This document shows, one piece after another, positions 28,004 to 60,105 of a stretch of 64,000 nucleotides of DNA. The translations under genes were made by a program, and so were the position numbers. Origin of the DNA: the human T2T-CHM13v2.0 reference genome, Homo sapiens; NCBI RefSeq assembly GCF_009914755.1, contig NC_060939.1. One strand, 5' to 3'. Each line of letters opens with the position of its first letter. Position 1 is the first letter of the stretch. The notes beneath the pieces were generated by a model that saw nothing but the letters and a program-made list of their open reading frames with translations, ran no database searches and had not been told where the DNA came from.

Positions 28004-29434
28004 TTAACTGTGCTGCTCCTCAAACATGAAAACTACTCCTTCCTACTGTGGGTTTGGTGAGCTCCAGTGCCCTGCTTGCCCTTCGGGCTCACTCTGTCTG
28101 GAGTCAGAGGTCAGAGGTAAAATCAGGAGGAGTCACTAAAGAAGAAAAAGTTCAGAGCCCTCTGTGCTGGCTTCTCTTGGGAAATGGCTCCCAATCTTGG
28201 AGGCAGCTGAGAGGTGATTGTATCTGGAGAGCACACGGACTACTTATCTGCTCTCTCTGAAATGCCAGTGAGTTTGAAAGGCACTTTGTCCAATTAGAAG
28301 TGTGGAGAAATATTCATCCTGTCCATGACAAAGATGAAGTGCTTCTTTCAAAAGCGGCGGTGGCAGGCTGCCAGGTTTAAGAAGTCCAACTATTCCACAT
28401 CGAGCCAGCAGTTATTAATTAGTTTTATTAGTGGCAGGTCCTTAATGCAAAATGACAGAGGGAGACAGAGAATATCCCCGTTACTACTAAAATACAAATT
28501 GTCCAGATTTAGGTTGTGTTGTTCCCCAACATGTACAGGCGGCCCGCCAGGCCCAAGTGGGGAACGGAGAAGGCAGCCAGATGCCTTTCTGCAGAGTTCC
28601 GGACTATTAATGGCATGACAAAGAGACTCGGATCCTTACCTCAGGTAGCTCTCGAGAGGAAAATCCACCAATTTTAATTATCAAGGAGGAAGAGCCTCCA
28701 GGGGGAGGATAGGGAGATCTGAGGGAAAAACCAAGAGGAGGAGGAGGGGTGGCGGTAGGGATGGGAAGTGGGCCCGTGTTATTCACGCTGTTCAACACGG
28801 CCTCTGCATAACAGCCTCTTCCACAGGGAACAGCGCAGGGCTACTTTGCTGAGAATTAGTCTTACACTGTCAACCAGTTTTTTATGACCATTAATCACAT
28901 TTGTATTTATAAGCGTTAAGACAGGAAAATCAAATCTCATGCTTCAAAGCATATGTTTATCACCACAGGCATAAAAGGGAAAGAAAAAGTTGACAAGCCC
29001 GCACTGTTGGCAAGAGCTGCTGCGTGTCTGGTGGCTTCCCCAGAAGCACCCTGGGGGCTCTGAAGAACGTTTTGTAAGGGAGAAGACAGAACTGCCCAGT
29101 GCCTCACTTTGTTAATGTTTCTCCTTCTTTCTGCACCAGAAATTCCTAAGGCAGAAATTTAAAGAAGTTCCCCAACATCCTCTCCCTCAACCCTCCCCTA
29201 ACACACCCCTGAACTCCCTGCCTCAGACCTGCCAGGCCTTCTTCCTCTGCCCCACAAGACAGAAGATCCCGACAGGCTTTGAGTGATGTTGCTCTCACCA
29301 CAGCTTTTCTTTTAGCAGCTGGCATATTCCCTGTCGTTCCCCCGAAATACCCAATGACCCAACCCCAAGCTGTCTGGGCTTCAAAGAGGTTTCCCCACCC
29401 GACACACCTCAGGGCCACCTTCCTCTAGATGGGA

Positions 29435-29660
29435 GTGGGGATGGGGAAACTCTGCAAAAGGTCAGAAAGTGAATCGTCTTTGCGGGCCAAAAGGTCTCTG
29501 TGGCAACTACTCAACTCTGCCATTGTGGCCCCAAAGCAGACCCAGGCAATGTGTCAACAAGTAGGTGTGGCTGTGTTCGAATAAAACTTTATTTACAAAA
29601 CCAGGCTGTGGGTGGGCCGGGTTTGACCCACCAACGGGGCCTAGTTTGCTGACCCTTATT
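29435..29660 (+). mobile_element. MER58A hAT-Charlie
   Basis: ggtctctgtggcaactactcaactctgccattgt...ggctgtgttcgaataaaactttatttacaaaa...tagtttgctgaccc. Confidence 0.9.
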
Positions 29661-30818
29661 CTGGGGCAGCAGTGCCCAATCTAAGAACCCAGGTACCAGT
29701 GAGTTCTGCAAAACTGGAGGGAATATTTTAAAAATTCTAATGGAAAACGTGCAACTGTCTTCATCACAACAGCACAGGCTAACCCGGATCTCTTGGCTGG
29801 AACCATATGGGCCACCTGTTTTAAGAGCACCTACCTCACATTGTCTGAGTAACAACTAGGAAATAATCATTAATGATTTAAAAATAATAATTTAAATAAA
29901 TAATTAAAAAATCAAAATACAGCTGGATGATCAAAGTCTTTCAAAACATGGGTCCACAATGGAGAGAGGGCAGGTGATAAAAGTGGCCCCACTGGTCCTC
30001 TTCTTCCTTTGATAGCAAAGAGGGGTCTCAAAAACGTCTAACGTCACATGTTTCCTAAGAGATTCCCTCAAGGAGCTCAACACACTTTTAATGAAGTAGA
30101 ACATCATCTCCTAACCTACGAGTGACCAAGGTCAGGGTGAAAAAGCCTTACCCCCACTTTCAATATTAAGAACTAATATTGCAAGTACTCACCGAGGAAG
30201 AAAAAATTGTGTAAGCTCATCAGAACCAAGGGCATTACCAACCCACTCTCAGATTTTCTAGAACAGTATGAAAAAATACACAGCACTGGGGAAAGAAAAT
30301 AAGAGCAAGGGGGATGCAAGAGCAAGGAGCCCCTGCTTCTCTTGCTGAGTTGCCAGGTAAGAAACAGCAACCCACGAGCCTAAAAGCCATGTCTTCTTCA
30401 TCTTTGACTCCTTAGTGTTTAACACAGTCCTTAAATGTCCCTTGAATAAACGCATTTTTACATTCATGATAGACATTATAAAAGATTTAAAAATGAACAT
30501 GAGATGATCTTTGCCTTCTTAAGGTTAATGGTAAAATAATGGAGAACGACAAAGGAGAAAGACATAAATAACATCCAGTGCCTGTATCCACGCACTCTAT
30601 TTGCTGGCTCCCACTCGGCAGCTATGGGCTCTTGTTTTTGAGAGGATCTTCTCCAGCCTGTCTATCTGGTTTCCCACCTCCTAGCTGCTCTGCAGTAGAT
30701 GATTCAAAGGATGGCTGGAGAAGGAGCCCTGTGGGGCCAGCACAATGTCAATATCCCAGCAAGAAGGAGGGCTGCAGCCTCCACAGGGCCCCAGGTGCTG
30801 AAGACAGAACAGATATCT

Positions 30819-31127
30819 GGCCAGGTGTGGTGGCTCACGCCTGTAATCCCAAAATTTTGGGAGGCCGAGGTAGGCAGATCACGAGGTCAGGAGATCAAGA
30901 CCATCCTGGCTAACACGGTGAAACCCCATCTCTACTAAAAATACAAAAAATTAGCCAGGAATGGTGGCGGGCACCTGTTGTCCCAGCTGCTCAGGAGGCT
31001 GAGGCAGGAGAATGGCATGAACCCAGGAGGCGGAGCTTGCAGTGAGCCGAGATTGCACCACCGCACTCCAGCCTGGGTGACAGAGCGAGACTCTGTCTCA
31101 AAAAAAAAAAAAAAAAAAAAAAAAAAA
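30819..31127 (+). mobile_element. AluY
   Basis: gatcacgaggtcaggagatc, accatcctggctaacacggtg, gaatggc, ggagcttgcagt; TSD acagatatc. Confidence 0.95.
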
Positions 31128-31139
31128 CCACAGATATCC

Positions 31140-31325
31140 ATCATTATTCCAGCATTATTTATCATGGAAAAAAAACAATACCAAACTGCAAACAACCTAC
31201 ATGTTTGTCAATAGGGATGAATAAATTAATACATGTCTACACCAGGTGAAATTTTGCAATTTTTAATAAAAAGAATAAATGAGATTTATATCTATTGGCC
31301 TGAAGTGAAGCTCATTATATCTTTT
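31140..31325 (+). mobile_element. Old L1 3' fragment
   Basis: cagcattatttatcatgg...aaacaacctacatgtttgtcaataggga. Confidence 0.65.
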
Positions 31326-31717
31326 AAAGTTTATCTGTTCCTCAAACTCCAAAAGCCTGGTGAGGCTAATTCTCATGCTTATCAATAAAAATTACTTTTC
31401 TCCGTCAATTAGTATTTGGTCCAGAAAAAAAAAATCAGTGTGTCTTGCTGTAAGAACATCAGTGTGCTCAGAGCTAAAATTAGGAAACACACACAAAAAT
31501 AAAACCTGACTTTACAAGGGGCATTTTCCTATTAACAAAAGGGACACCAATAAGTTCTATAAAATTGATTGTTTTACACGGTGCATGGAAAGCATGATGT
31601 TGCATAGAAACTAAAGTGATATATGTCCTGCATAAAGTGAGGCCTACCTTTAAATATCAGAAGATGCTTTCCTAAAAAATAAAATCATGAGATAGATTAC
31701 ATAAAGAGTTCAAAGGA

Positions 31718-32012
31718 CGCTGGGCATGGTGGGTGGCTCAGGCCAATAACTCCAGCACTTTGGGAGGGCAAGGTGGGCAAATCGCTTGAGCCCAGGAGTT
31801 TGAGACCAGCCTGGGCAACATTGCGAAACCCCATCTCTACAAAAAATACAATGGGAGGCTAAGGGAGGCTATGGGAGGCTAAGGGAGGCTCAGGTAAGGA
31901 GGATCTCTTGAGCCTGGGAGGCAGAAGCTGCAGTGAGCCAAAATGGCACCACTGCACTCCAGCCTGAGTAACAGAGTAAGACTCTGTCTCAAAAAAAGAA
32001 AAGAAAAGAAAA
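31718..32012 (+). mobile_element. AluJ with an internal 4x10-bp tandem array
   Basis: TSD aaaga[g/a]ttcaaagga at 31703-31717 and 32013-32027. Confidence 0.93.
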
Positions 32013-32309
32013 AAAGAATTCAAAGGAGAACTGACATATCACCCAGTGGGTATATTACAGAATGCTTGCATGTATGTGTGTGTGTGTATGGTTTTATATA
32101 TATTTATATAAAGTATAAATGCTTTTGCTTATATATATGAATCTCATTTTCCCACTGGCTTTCCTTAAAAACTAAACAAAACACAAACACCTTACTGATC
32201 TTTAGTAGCTCGTAAGCTGATTTTTAGCCTTTCAGCTGAGAGGAAATGGTCCAAAAAAAAAAATACTAAATGCATCAGGGAGATTTTTCATACATTCACA
32301 TTTCCATGT

Positions 32310-32552
32310 GGGAAGCAGCATTATATAGTGAAAACAACATAGTCTTTAAAACAGAAGAGATTTGTATTGAAAGGCTGGCTCCACCGTTACGGATTTGGGC
32401 AAAGCTCTGAACCTCTGTTTCCTCATCTAAAGATAGGAATAGCTGCACTTTCCTTGCACCATCATCATGCAGAATGGAAACACTACACATGAAGCCTCTG
32501 GTACAACTCTTGGCAGAGTACACACTCAGGAATTGTCATCTGTATTATTATT
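32310..32552 (+). mobile_element. MIR SINE
   Basis: ttgggcaaagctctgaacctctgtttcctcatctaaa. Confidence 0.75.
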
Positions 32553-33481
32553 TCACAAGCTGACATTTTTTAAAGGAAAGCACACCTAGGCTGCCATCTC
32601 CTTGTAGCAAAAAAAAAAAAAAAGAAAGAAATCAGTTCTGATCAAGGGCACATCTAATAGTTGAGAGTGAAATGTGAAATGGGAAGATGACACCACCACA
32701 CAACCAGCCCCTTCCTCATTCATTTAGATGTGTCCCAGGACACCACAAGGCTGGCTATTGTACTTCTTAGGCTGTGTCAAAACCATTTTAGTCAAGCCCA
32801 GTGCTTTGCAGATAAACACATTGCCAACCTTTAAAATATTCATCTTCCCCTCTATCGTTCCTTCCAATGGAATTGAGACACTGACTGCTTATTGGTTCTC
32901 CCTTCCCAAACAATAAGAACAGTAAAGTGGTACTCATGCAGACGCAGCACACATAGTAATCCAAGGACAACTCTGTCCATCAAGGAAGCTTCAGCAAGAC
33001 CCAAGGTACCAATGGGCTCATTTATGATTCTGTGTCCTCACATTCTGTAGTCTCGCATCTGTTCTGAAAATCTGATGGTTTATAAAATAACAGGAATATT
33101 TAAAAATTAGGTCTGTAGAGTGGGATAGGTCTGAATGTCAAATACTATTGCCATTCAAGCTTCGCTTCTCTAAGAAAAGCCTGCCTAGAATGAAGATACA
33201 ACTGCTGTCCAGGCTTAATCTAAACCTTGCTTAATGGTGCACAAGGTACTTGGGTTGACAGAGCTACGTGTAGATTTTAGGCGGTAGCTCTCCATAGAGC
33301 ATGTTGCATGCAAACAGAGGTCGTGTCAGCACATGTCACCCTTAACCAACACGGTGCTATTTAAGTAAGTGCCAACCTGCAGTTTCAGCAATTGTGATTT
33401 ATTGAGAAGGGTGGTGTGAATAATGCGGAGGACTTGACCATTGGCCTTTAATTCCTCTCATTTAGACAGGCTGCTCTTCGC

Positions 33482-33488
33482 TATAAAA
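33482..33488 (+). promoter_or_regulatory. TATA-box-like TATAAAA upstream of the hypothetical ORF
   Basis: cTATAAAAt starts 48 nt before ATG 33530; motif match only. Confidence 0.2.
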
Positions 33489-33529
33489 TAGTCATTCTGT
33501 AAATTAATGTGTTTTATTTTAAAAGTGAC

Positions 33530-52470
<18,941 letters not shown>

Positions 52471-52534
52471 GTGTATAACTGGAAGGGCTTTCTGCAAAGT
52501 TAAAAAGACAGAGAAGAAAACAACAGCAAAAAAA

Positions 52535-52548
52535 AATAAATAAATAAA
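52535..52548 (+). terminator. Overlapping AATAAA polyadenylation-like signals after the hypothetical ORF
   Basis: AATAAATAAATAAA about 65 nt after the TGA; it sits in an A-rich simple repeat, so may be chance. Confidence 0.2.
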
Positions 52549-53541
52549 GGATCATCACAGAATCTCCCATTCCAAACCTTCCTTCCGCTCAGAAGTGCCA
52601 ACAGATAAAATATAAACCCCTTTGAAGAAAACTCCAGCCGGAGCTCAGCTTTCAGGTTTTAGAAGACACTGGCATCCCAAGGCCTTCCCACTGTCAGATC
52701 AAACACACACAAAATATTTCCCTGATATTTTCCCAGTTTCGCCCACACCATAAAAAACAGGCTTTCCTTTTAATCTACTTACCACACTGTGGGTGAAGGC
52801 CTCTAATTTCACAGCACAGAGATAACACAAATAATTCATATGACACATTAGTGAAATATTGACAGGGAAAACATCTAGTCAGAGCTCACCGAAAACAACA
52901 GGGAGCTCAGTGATGGCCACAGAGGGCAGAGGGATGCCTTTCCAACAGGGCAGAGCCCCCTCCCGCCACACTACTTGAGTTGAAGATAAAGTCAGCCTAT
53001 TTGGATCCGAATTGTTTTAAGGCAACAGGTCTTCATAATTACACAACATTTTTCTGGTCCCTCGATGGGCTGCAACATCATCAACCTCCTTCCAGGACTT
53101 CCAGGGGCTGCTGCGTATGTGAAAGTCCCTAGAAAACTGTTAAGTGCCATCAACTTGCAGCAATGGCAATCCCACCCAGTCATAACCAAGGTCAGCATCC
53201 GCCTGGCCAAACACTTGGTGCATTTCTTTTTCTCTTCCTGATCAACTTAAAAAAAAATTCTTTCACTTAGTTTCCCATGGCTAGACCCAGCCTTTGAAGA
53301 TCTCACCCCCTTTCTCAAGACCCTCTTTCAACTTCCTCTCCTACGAAGTCTTCCTCCCAGGGCAATAAGGAGACCTATCCACAGCTACTATTCATTCCAT
53401 TTCTCCCACCCTTAAGGTTCTGCCAAGTGTGGGGCAGATTGCCTTTAGAGACAGGACAACTCAATGCTGTCTGTGTAGAAAGGGTTGTTTGTTTGTTTGT
53501 TTTAAAAAAAAAAAGGCTGCAACACTTCAATCATCAGTTAG

Positions 53542-53962
<421 letters not shown>

Positions 53963-54489
53963 TAGATGTAGGGTCTCCAAGTCCCAATCCACTTTTGTGA
54001 GAGACTTTTCTTTGTCATCGTACCAATCCAAGCCCTTCAATTTCCCAACCACACCCACTTAGACCTTAGATTTATTTTCTGCTGATATCATTTCAAAATC
54101 CATGAACATCACCTCATAGATGTAAAAATTCACCTTCTAATCCTCTATCAAGAGTGCTGCTCAGAGTTAGGACTCCAGCTCTCTAGCCTGGCCCTCCTAA
54201 GTGCCAGATACTTGCTATTGCTATTTTTTTGTTTTCTTGCCTAATGCCACATGTAACATATTGTCACCTGCTCCCTGCTAGACCCCCATTCCCCGCTGCC
54301 CATCAGATATGTCCCTGGAACTTCCAACTCAGCCCATCCCAAATTGAACCCATGCCTTCTCTCCTCTTCACACTCTACTCCACTACACTGTCCCAGCCAA
54401 TAATCCCGGCCCACACTCTGCACTTGACTCCTGCCATTCCCTCCATCATGTTCTTCCAACTCCACTTCCTGGGGAATCCTACCGCAGAG

Positions 54490-55095
54490 TCAACTCTTCT
54501 TCGCCTTCCACTCCCAACCCTCACCCCAGTCTTGGCCTTCAATATCAGTCACCAGAATTATTACAGAATCTCCTAACTTGGTTCCTTGTCTCCCTCCCTA
54601 ACTCCACATAAGTATATTTAAGTACCTTACCAAAAAGAAATCAGGTATTTTTCATTTGTTCAAAATTTTGCTATAAGACAAGGTCCGAAATGCTTAGGCT
54701 CGCCCCTGCCTACTTTCTCCAACCTCATCTCCTACTCCTCACCAGCATACTCTCAGGCCAAGCTACATCTCACTTATGTTACCTGAATGTGCCATGAACT
54801 CTCCCCTTGGGTGCCTCAGCCTGGAATGCCCTGTCACTTTTTGCCAAAAGAATCTCCTCATTTTTCTAAAACCCGGGCAGGCATAACCACCTCAGTGAGC
54901 TTTCCCTAACTCCTCTCGGGGCATTTTCTCCTTCTTCTCTATGTTATAGGTTTCCTAAGTATCTCTACTATAGCATGCTACATCTTTTTAAAGTAATGTC
55001 TTTCTTGCCCATCAATTCACTTAATTCAGCTTTGTCGTTCCATTGACTAACATGGGACCTGACACATAGTAAGTGCACAAGAATATTTGATGGAT
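54490..55095 (+). mobile_element. L2 fragment
   Basis: tctcctaacttgg...cagcctggaatgccc...gacacatagtaagtgcacaagaatatttgatgga. Confidence 0.7.
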
Positions 55096-56096
55096 CAATG
55101 CAAGGAGGCGATATATTCTATTATACTGCCCTTAAACATTTGAAACTTTCGAGGAATAGATTTTCTTGCTTCATCCCAGTCCTCCCTCAGCTGGCTCATC
55201 TTTCACATATTGATTCTAAACTGCACGTCACTAGCATCCTGAGGGCATTCACCGAATGCTCATGTAAAAGGCAGAGAGATATGGGACAGAACACTGAAGA
55301 CAATCTATAACCTGGCTCCCAAGGAACTGAGACCAATGAGAAGATAAACACAGCTGAAGTCGCAAAATGTGAATCCAATGAGGACTATAACTAATGAGAG
55401 CTAAAACCAGAGTGTGTTTGCTACTAAGAAAATAATAATGGAAAAGACCAATTAATAAAGAGATGTTGTCAAACGCCATGACAATTTTCATTAAAACATT
55501 TTATTAGGCTGAATATGATATTGATGCTTTTTCATTGAGGTTTGTATTAAAACTTCTCCACTAAACATATTCTTAATTCAGATGCCAGGCATTGATACTG
55601 TCTACTATCTCCTTAAATCCTTGCGGGGTTTAAAACTTACGTTGTTGATTTCAAAGACAGGGAGTGAACAGTGGCTTATGAAGCAAATTCGCTTTCAATA
55701 TATTGATCATCAGAGCAAGCATTATATATACAAAAGTTAAAGGTATTCTAAACTACATACAATCTCATCTCTATGGACAAGTCTTTCTGAGGTTCTAGAC
55801 TACCAGATGGTGGTGTTGGCAATGCCACAGAAGCAAAATCCAAAAGCGGGGGCAGGTGAGAGATGGGAGGCCATCAGTATAACCCCTTCTAGATGCTGTG
55901 GTGGCAGAATGCAGAGAGGGGGCCTTGGAGGCAGCAATCCAGACTGGAGATGGACCAGGTAAAAGTTTTCAGGACCTCCCTGCCCATACCACCCTAACGG
56001 TTGAAAACTCCTGGACAATTACTGCCAAACTATCCCCTGAAGCCAGTCCTCTTGTGGGCGAAGGGATAATGTCACTGGAATGTCATCAAAGTTTAA

Positions 56097-56426
<330 letters not shown>

Positions 56427-58854
56427 CTTCTTGTACTTTTAAATCTACCTGTCCCACTGGGAGCAGCCATGTTGGACACTGCCTTCTCAGGTCCTATTTC
56501 TGCTCTTAGGGTTCATGTGTGACTTAAGGCATAGAAATGTGCCTCTATCTTTCTGCTGTGGAAAGAAAATTGTTTGACAAATGTCCTTCCTTAGGAGATA
56601 AATGACAAAATAAAATGATCATTCCTGGGCCCTTAATACTTCTTTCCAAAACTTGAGAAATACCAGTTAATAGGGGTTCTCAGACATGGTAATAAGGATG
56701 AAGAGGTTGAAACAAACGTAGAAAGCCTTGTTTTCAAAGCCTGGCATTGATGCCATCATTGACTTGACTTGTCATAATTAATATGTGTCCCCATTCATAA
56801 TCAACTTGTTAAAAGGCAACATAAGCCAAGCATTTTTTTATGCCAAAGTCATATATCTTCTTGATCTGCCTGACACAATATGTATGTGTGCATGTGTGTG
56901 TATATTTATATATGTGGCTGTGTATATATATGTATATGTATAAATAAATTCACTTTGCACAGAACCAATTATTTTTGTTCACTGACTGTTCAATATTATA
57001 GGACTGGGGTTTCTCTTCTCAGCTAGAGTCTATTTCTTAAAGACCAGCTCCTCTACGTCTGCATGTGTGTGTATCACTCACACTACCACAATACAAATTA
57101 GACAAAATAGATGCTTAATGGTGTAATTCACTTTACAATGGCACTATTATTACAGCATTACTCTATTTTCATTACTACCGCATATTAGAATCGGCTTCCA
57201 ACATGTTTGAGTGAAGAAATAAAACAACCTAATCACAATGCCAATTAATTCTGTAAAAGTCATGCAGTATATCAAAACTAAAACATTTCACAGCCATCTC
57301 AGAAAGACAGGATTCCATACTTGCTTCACTATTTTTAGCCAGCTATGCCTCTACTCCTTGAATACTTTGACCTATCCTAGTCCAGTTATAAGCCAAAATC
57401 GATAAAAGACCCTAAGCAAGTTTAATTGATTCTCTAAGAAAGGATATTATAATCCATCAGCACACCCTCACCTTGTGCTGACATTATTTTCCTGGGTTTA
57501 CCTAATACCACTGTGGTACCAAAAACTACTCTTTCTCACGCTGTTCTCTCATCAGCTCAAATACTGTAACAGCAGAGCAATTTCAAACAGGTTGCGAGTC
57601 TTTTAGAGTATTGCTTGCAAAGTGCATGTAAATTATTAGATTACATTACAAGTGAAAGACTCAGCAGTGGGTCACCATAGTGGAGCATTAATGTACAGCA
57701 AGTTGAATGGAACCCTTGCAGACAAGCTTCTCCGATGTGATTTTTTTTTGGCAGAAAGGAGAAAGTGAGTAAAGGGAAGGGAGGGCAAGGAATGATGGGT
57801 TGGTGAAAAGTGAAGTCTCTGAGAGCACCAGGGCAAGGTGGGAATAAGGTAGCAACCCCAGCCTCAGTGCCTGGATGGGGCAGCCAGAGGGCAGTACAAG
57901 AATAGTGGGAGCAGGGAGACAGGGAAAAGGGAAGGAAGAAGCCAGACAGGTATGGGAGGTAACGTCAGGAAAGCTCAACAAGTGGCTGATGGGGCTGAAT
58001 TTCAGTGATTTGTCCTCTTTTAATTGGATCCAGCCCATGGTAGCTGAACTGAGGGATTAATGAATTTACCTAAGGTCACACGGCTAGCACAGCACACACC
58101 TGGGTCTTGGCCCAGGTCTGTCTCACTCCTCCCAGCAGGCTTGTAAAAACCACATACACATATTGTCTCCCAACACGTCCAGCTTTGGTCTGAGTTGCTC
58201 AAGACTAGAGTAGACCTGATCGTGCAATTGAGGGGATCAGTGGATTCAAGAGAGGCAGAAGTCACACAAACAAGTGCAGCTGAGTCCAAACCGAAGGCCC
58301 CATTGGAAATATAAGACAGCAGGAGATGTGCCTGCAGAGTTGGGAAGTGCCTAGCTGGTGTACTGAGAAGGCAAACACCTCTGCAGGACAATGTGGAAGA
58401 GAGTATCTGCATGCTTAATGGGCACCTATTTTATGCAAGGTATCGTGCATGGAGTAAAAACATAAACTGTGGTCTTGATCTCCTTAAGACTAGGCTCATA
58501 CCCGGAAAATAACTATCAGACAGCGTAAAAGAGGCCTGGCAGAGGAAGAGGTTACATGTTCACTAAATGAGCAAGGCCCATATGACTGACTGCTGTAACA
58601 AACAGGAGTCCGGGAGCTTCAAGAGGGAGAAGGTGGATCTTATCTGGAGTGAAAATGATGGTAGGATTTCAATGAGCAGAGAGAGAGATGGGGACTAGGT
58701 GAGGCAGAGGAGGAGGGGAAAGGTGAAGGCACATACAAGGTAGAGAGATGAAAAGGCCAAGTTCAAAACACATTTAGAAGAGAACCACCATAAATGCCTG
58801 GTCTGAGGTGACCCAGGTATTTCAGTGAGCTTCTTAAGAGAAATGCCACCACTC

Positions 58855-58962
58855 AAATATAAGATCCAGAAAGGCAGGGAGCTCGCCTCTCTTGTTTGCT
58901 GCTTTATCCCCAGGCCCTAGCACATAGAAAGTACTCAGTAAATATATGTTGAATGAAAGAAT
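58855..58962 (+). mobile_element. L2 3' end
   Basis: tttatccccaggccctagcacatag...tactcagtaaatatatgttgaatgaa. Confidence 0.8.
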
Positions 58963-59274
58963 GCCACCCTTGGGCTCTTACACACTGATGTCAGCTCCAA
59001 GCAAAAGAGGGATCCCAGAATTTATATTCTAAGCCAGTCTAGGCAGATGTGCCTCTAAATGTACTAGCATATTAATGAGCATGTGCTAAAAGTGGCATAA
59101 AGATACTGTATGATTATAAATAATAAGTATTTACATTATTTTCCCTCCCCCTCCTCCTCCCTGAAGTCATAATGAGTAACACCTGGAGCTTAACATCAGT
59201 TACTGTGGAAACACTTCCTTCCTCCCCCACTGCTGGGCCATGGTCCCCCAGAAAGGCTGCTTCTACTTCATGCC

Positions 59275-59413
59275 CAGGACAAGGTTTTCAAATAGTGAGG
59301 AGTGGCTCATAAATAGATCATGAAACCAATGTGGTGGCTCGTAATCTGTATTTTAAATAATAGAGCAAACACAATCACGCATCACAAGTGAAGGGTAAAT
59401 ATTTTACATGAAA

Positions 59414-59453
<40 letters not shown>

Positions 59454-59500
59454 AGTTCACAATGTAATTAATATGTTTTTCTCATTGTGGATCACGGTAT
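59275..59500. mobile_element. hAT-Charlie MER fragment containing (TG)16
   Basis: gatcatgaaaccaat...gcatcacaagtgaagggtaaatatt...ttctcattgtggatcacggt. Confidence 0.5.
59418..59450. repeat. (TG)16 microsatellite
   Basis: Read directly. Confidence 0.95.
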
Positions 59501-59739
59501 TAATGTCTCAAAGATATCGCCCTGAGAGGCAAGCGGTTCCAGTGTTAGGACCTGTAATATTCAAGCTGAATGACCCTTGTTTTACCGGCTAAATGTGCCT
59601 GTCAAGTGGTATTTCTCTTTGGCCCGGTAAACTTGACCCATCCTGAAACACTGAGATGTTCTGTGTAACATACTAAGTTCAGAATCAGTTCCTTCAAAGG
59701 ATCCCAAGTTTCACAACACACAGTCTTTTGTGGAAGAAA

Positions 59740-59914
59740 AAATGATTTATTTTTTCTAATTACAAAAGTAACATATACATAATGTAAGAACTTCAAAAAA
59801 TACAGAAAAGCACAAAGAAAAAGAAACTCACAGGTAATCCCAGCATCCACAGATGACCACTTTATCATTTCATCATTTTGGTATTCGTGGGTCCAAGTTA
59901 ATTTACTAATATAA

Positions 59915-59956
<42 letters not shown>

Positions 59957-60105
59957 TTCCTTCTACAAAAAAGATGGCATTCCATGCACACTGCTATGAA
60001 AGCTGTTACTTTTCACTTAGCAATGGCTGATAGACACTTTTTCTTGATAAGAAATACTTTTCTAGTGCAACATGATTTTTAATGGCTACATAATATTCCA
60101 TTCAC
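59740..60105 (-). mobile_element. Old L1 (L1ME-like) 3' fragment
   Basis: tttctaattacaaaagtaacatat...tttcacttagcaat...ttttaatggctacataatattccatt. Confidence 0.7.
59917..59954. repeat. (CA)19 microsatellite
   Basis: Read directly. Confidence 0.95.

Noticed and set aside
33296-33338. CATG-containing p53-like half sites
   Set aside because: Half sites are mismatched and wrongly spaced
57688-58412. Adjacent 116-aa and 130-aa minus-strand ORFs
   Set aside because: Compositionally biased, partly overlapping a MIR, with no domain or splice support
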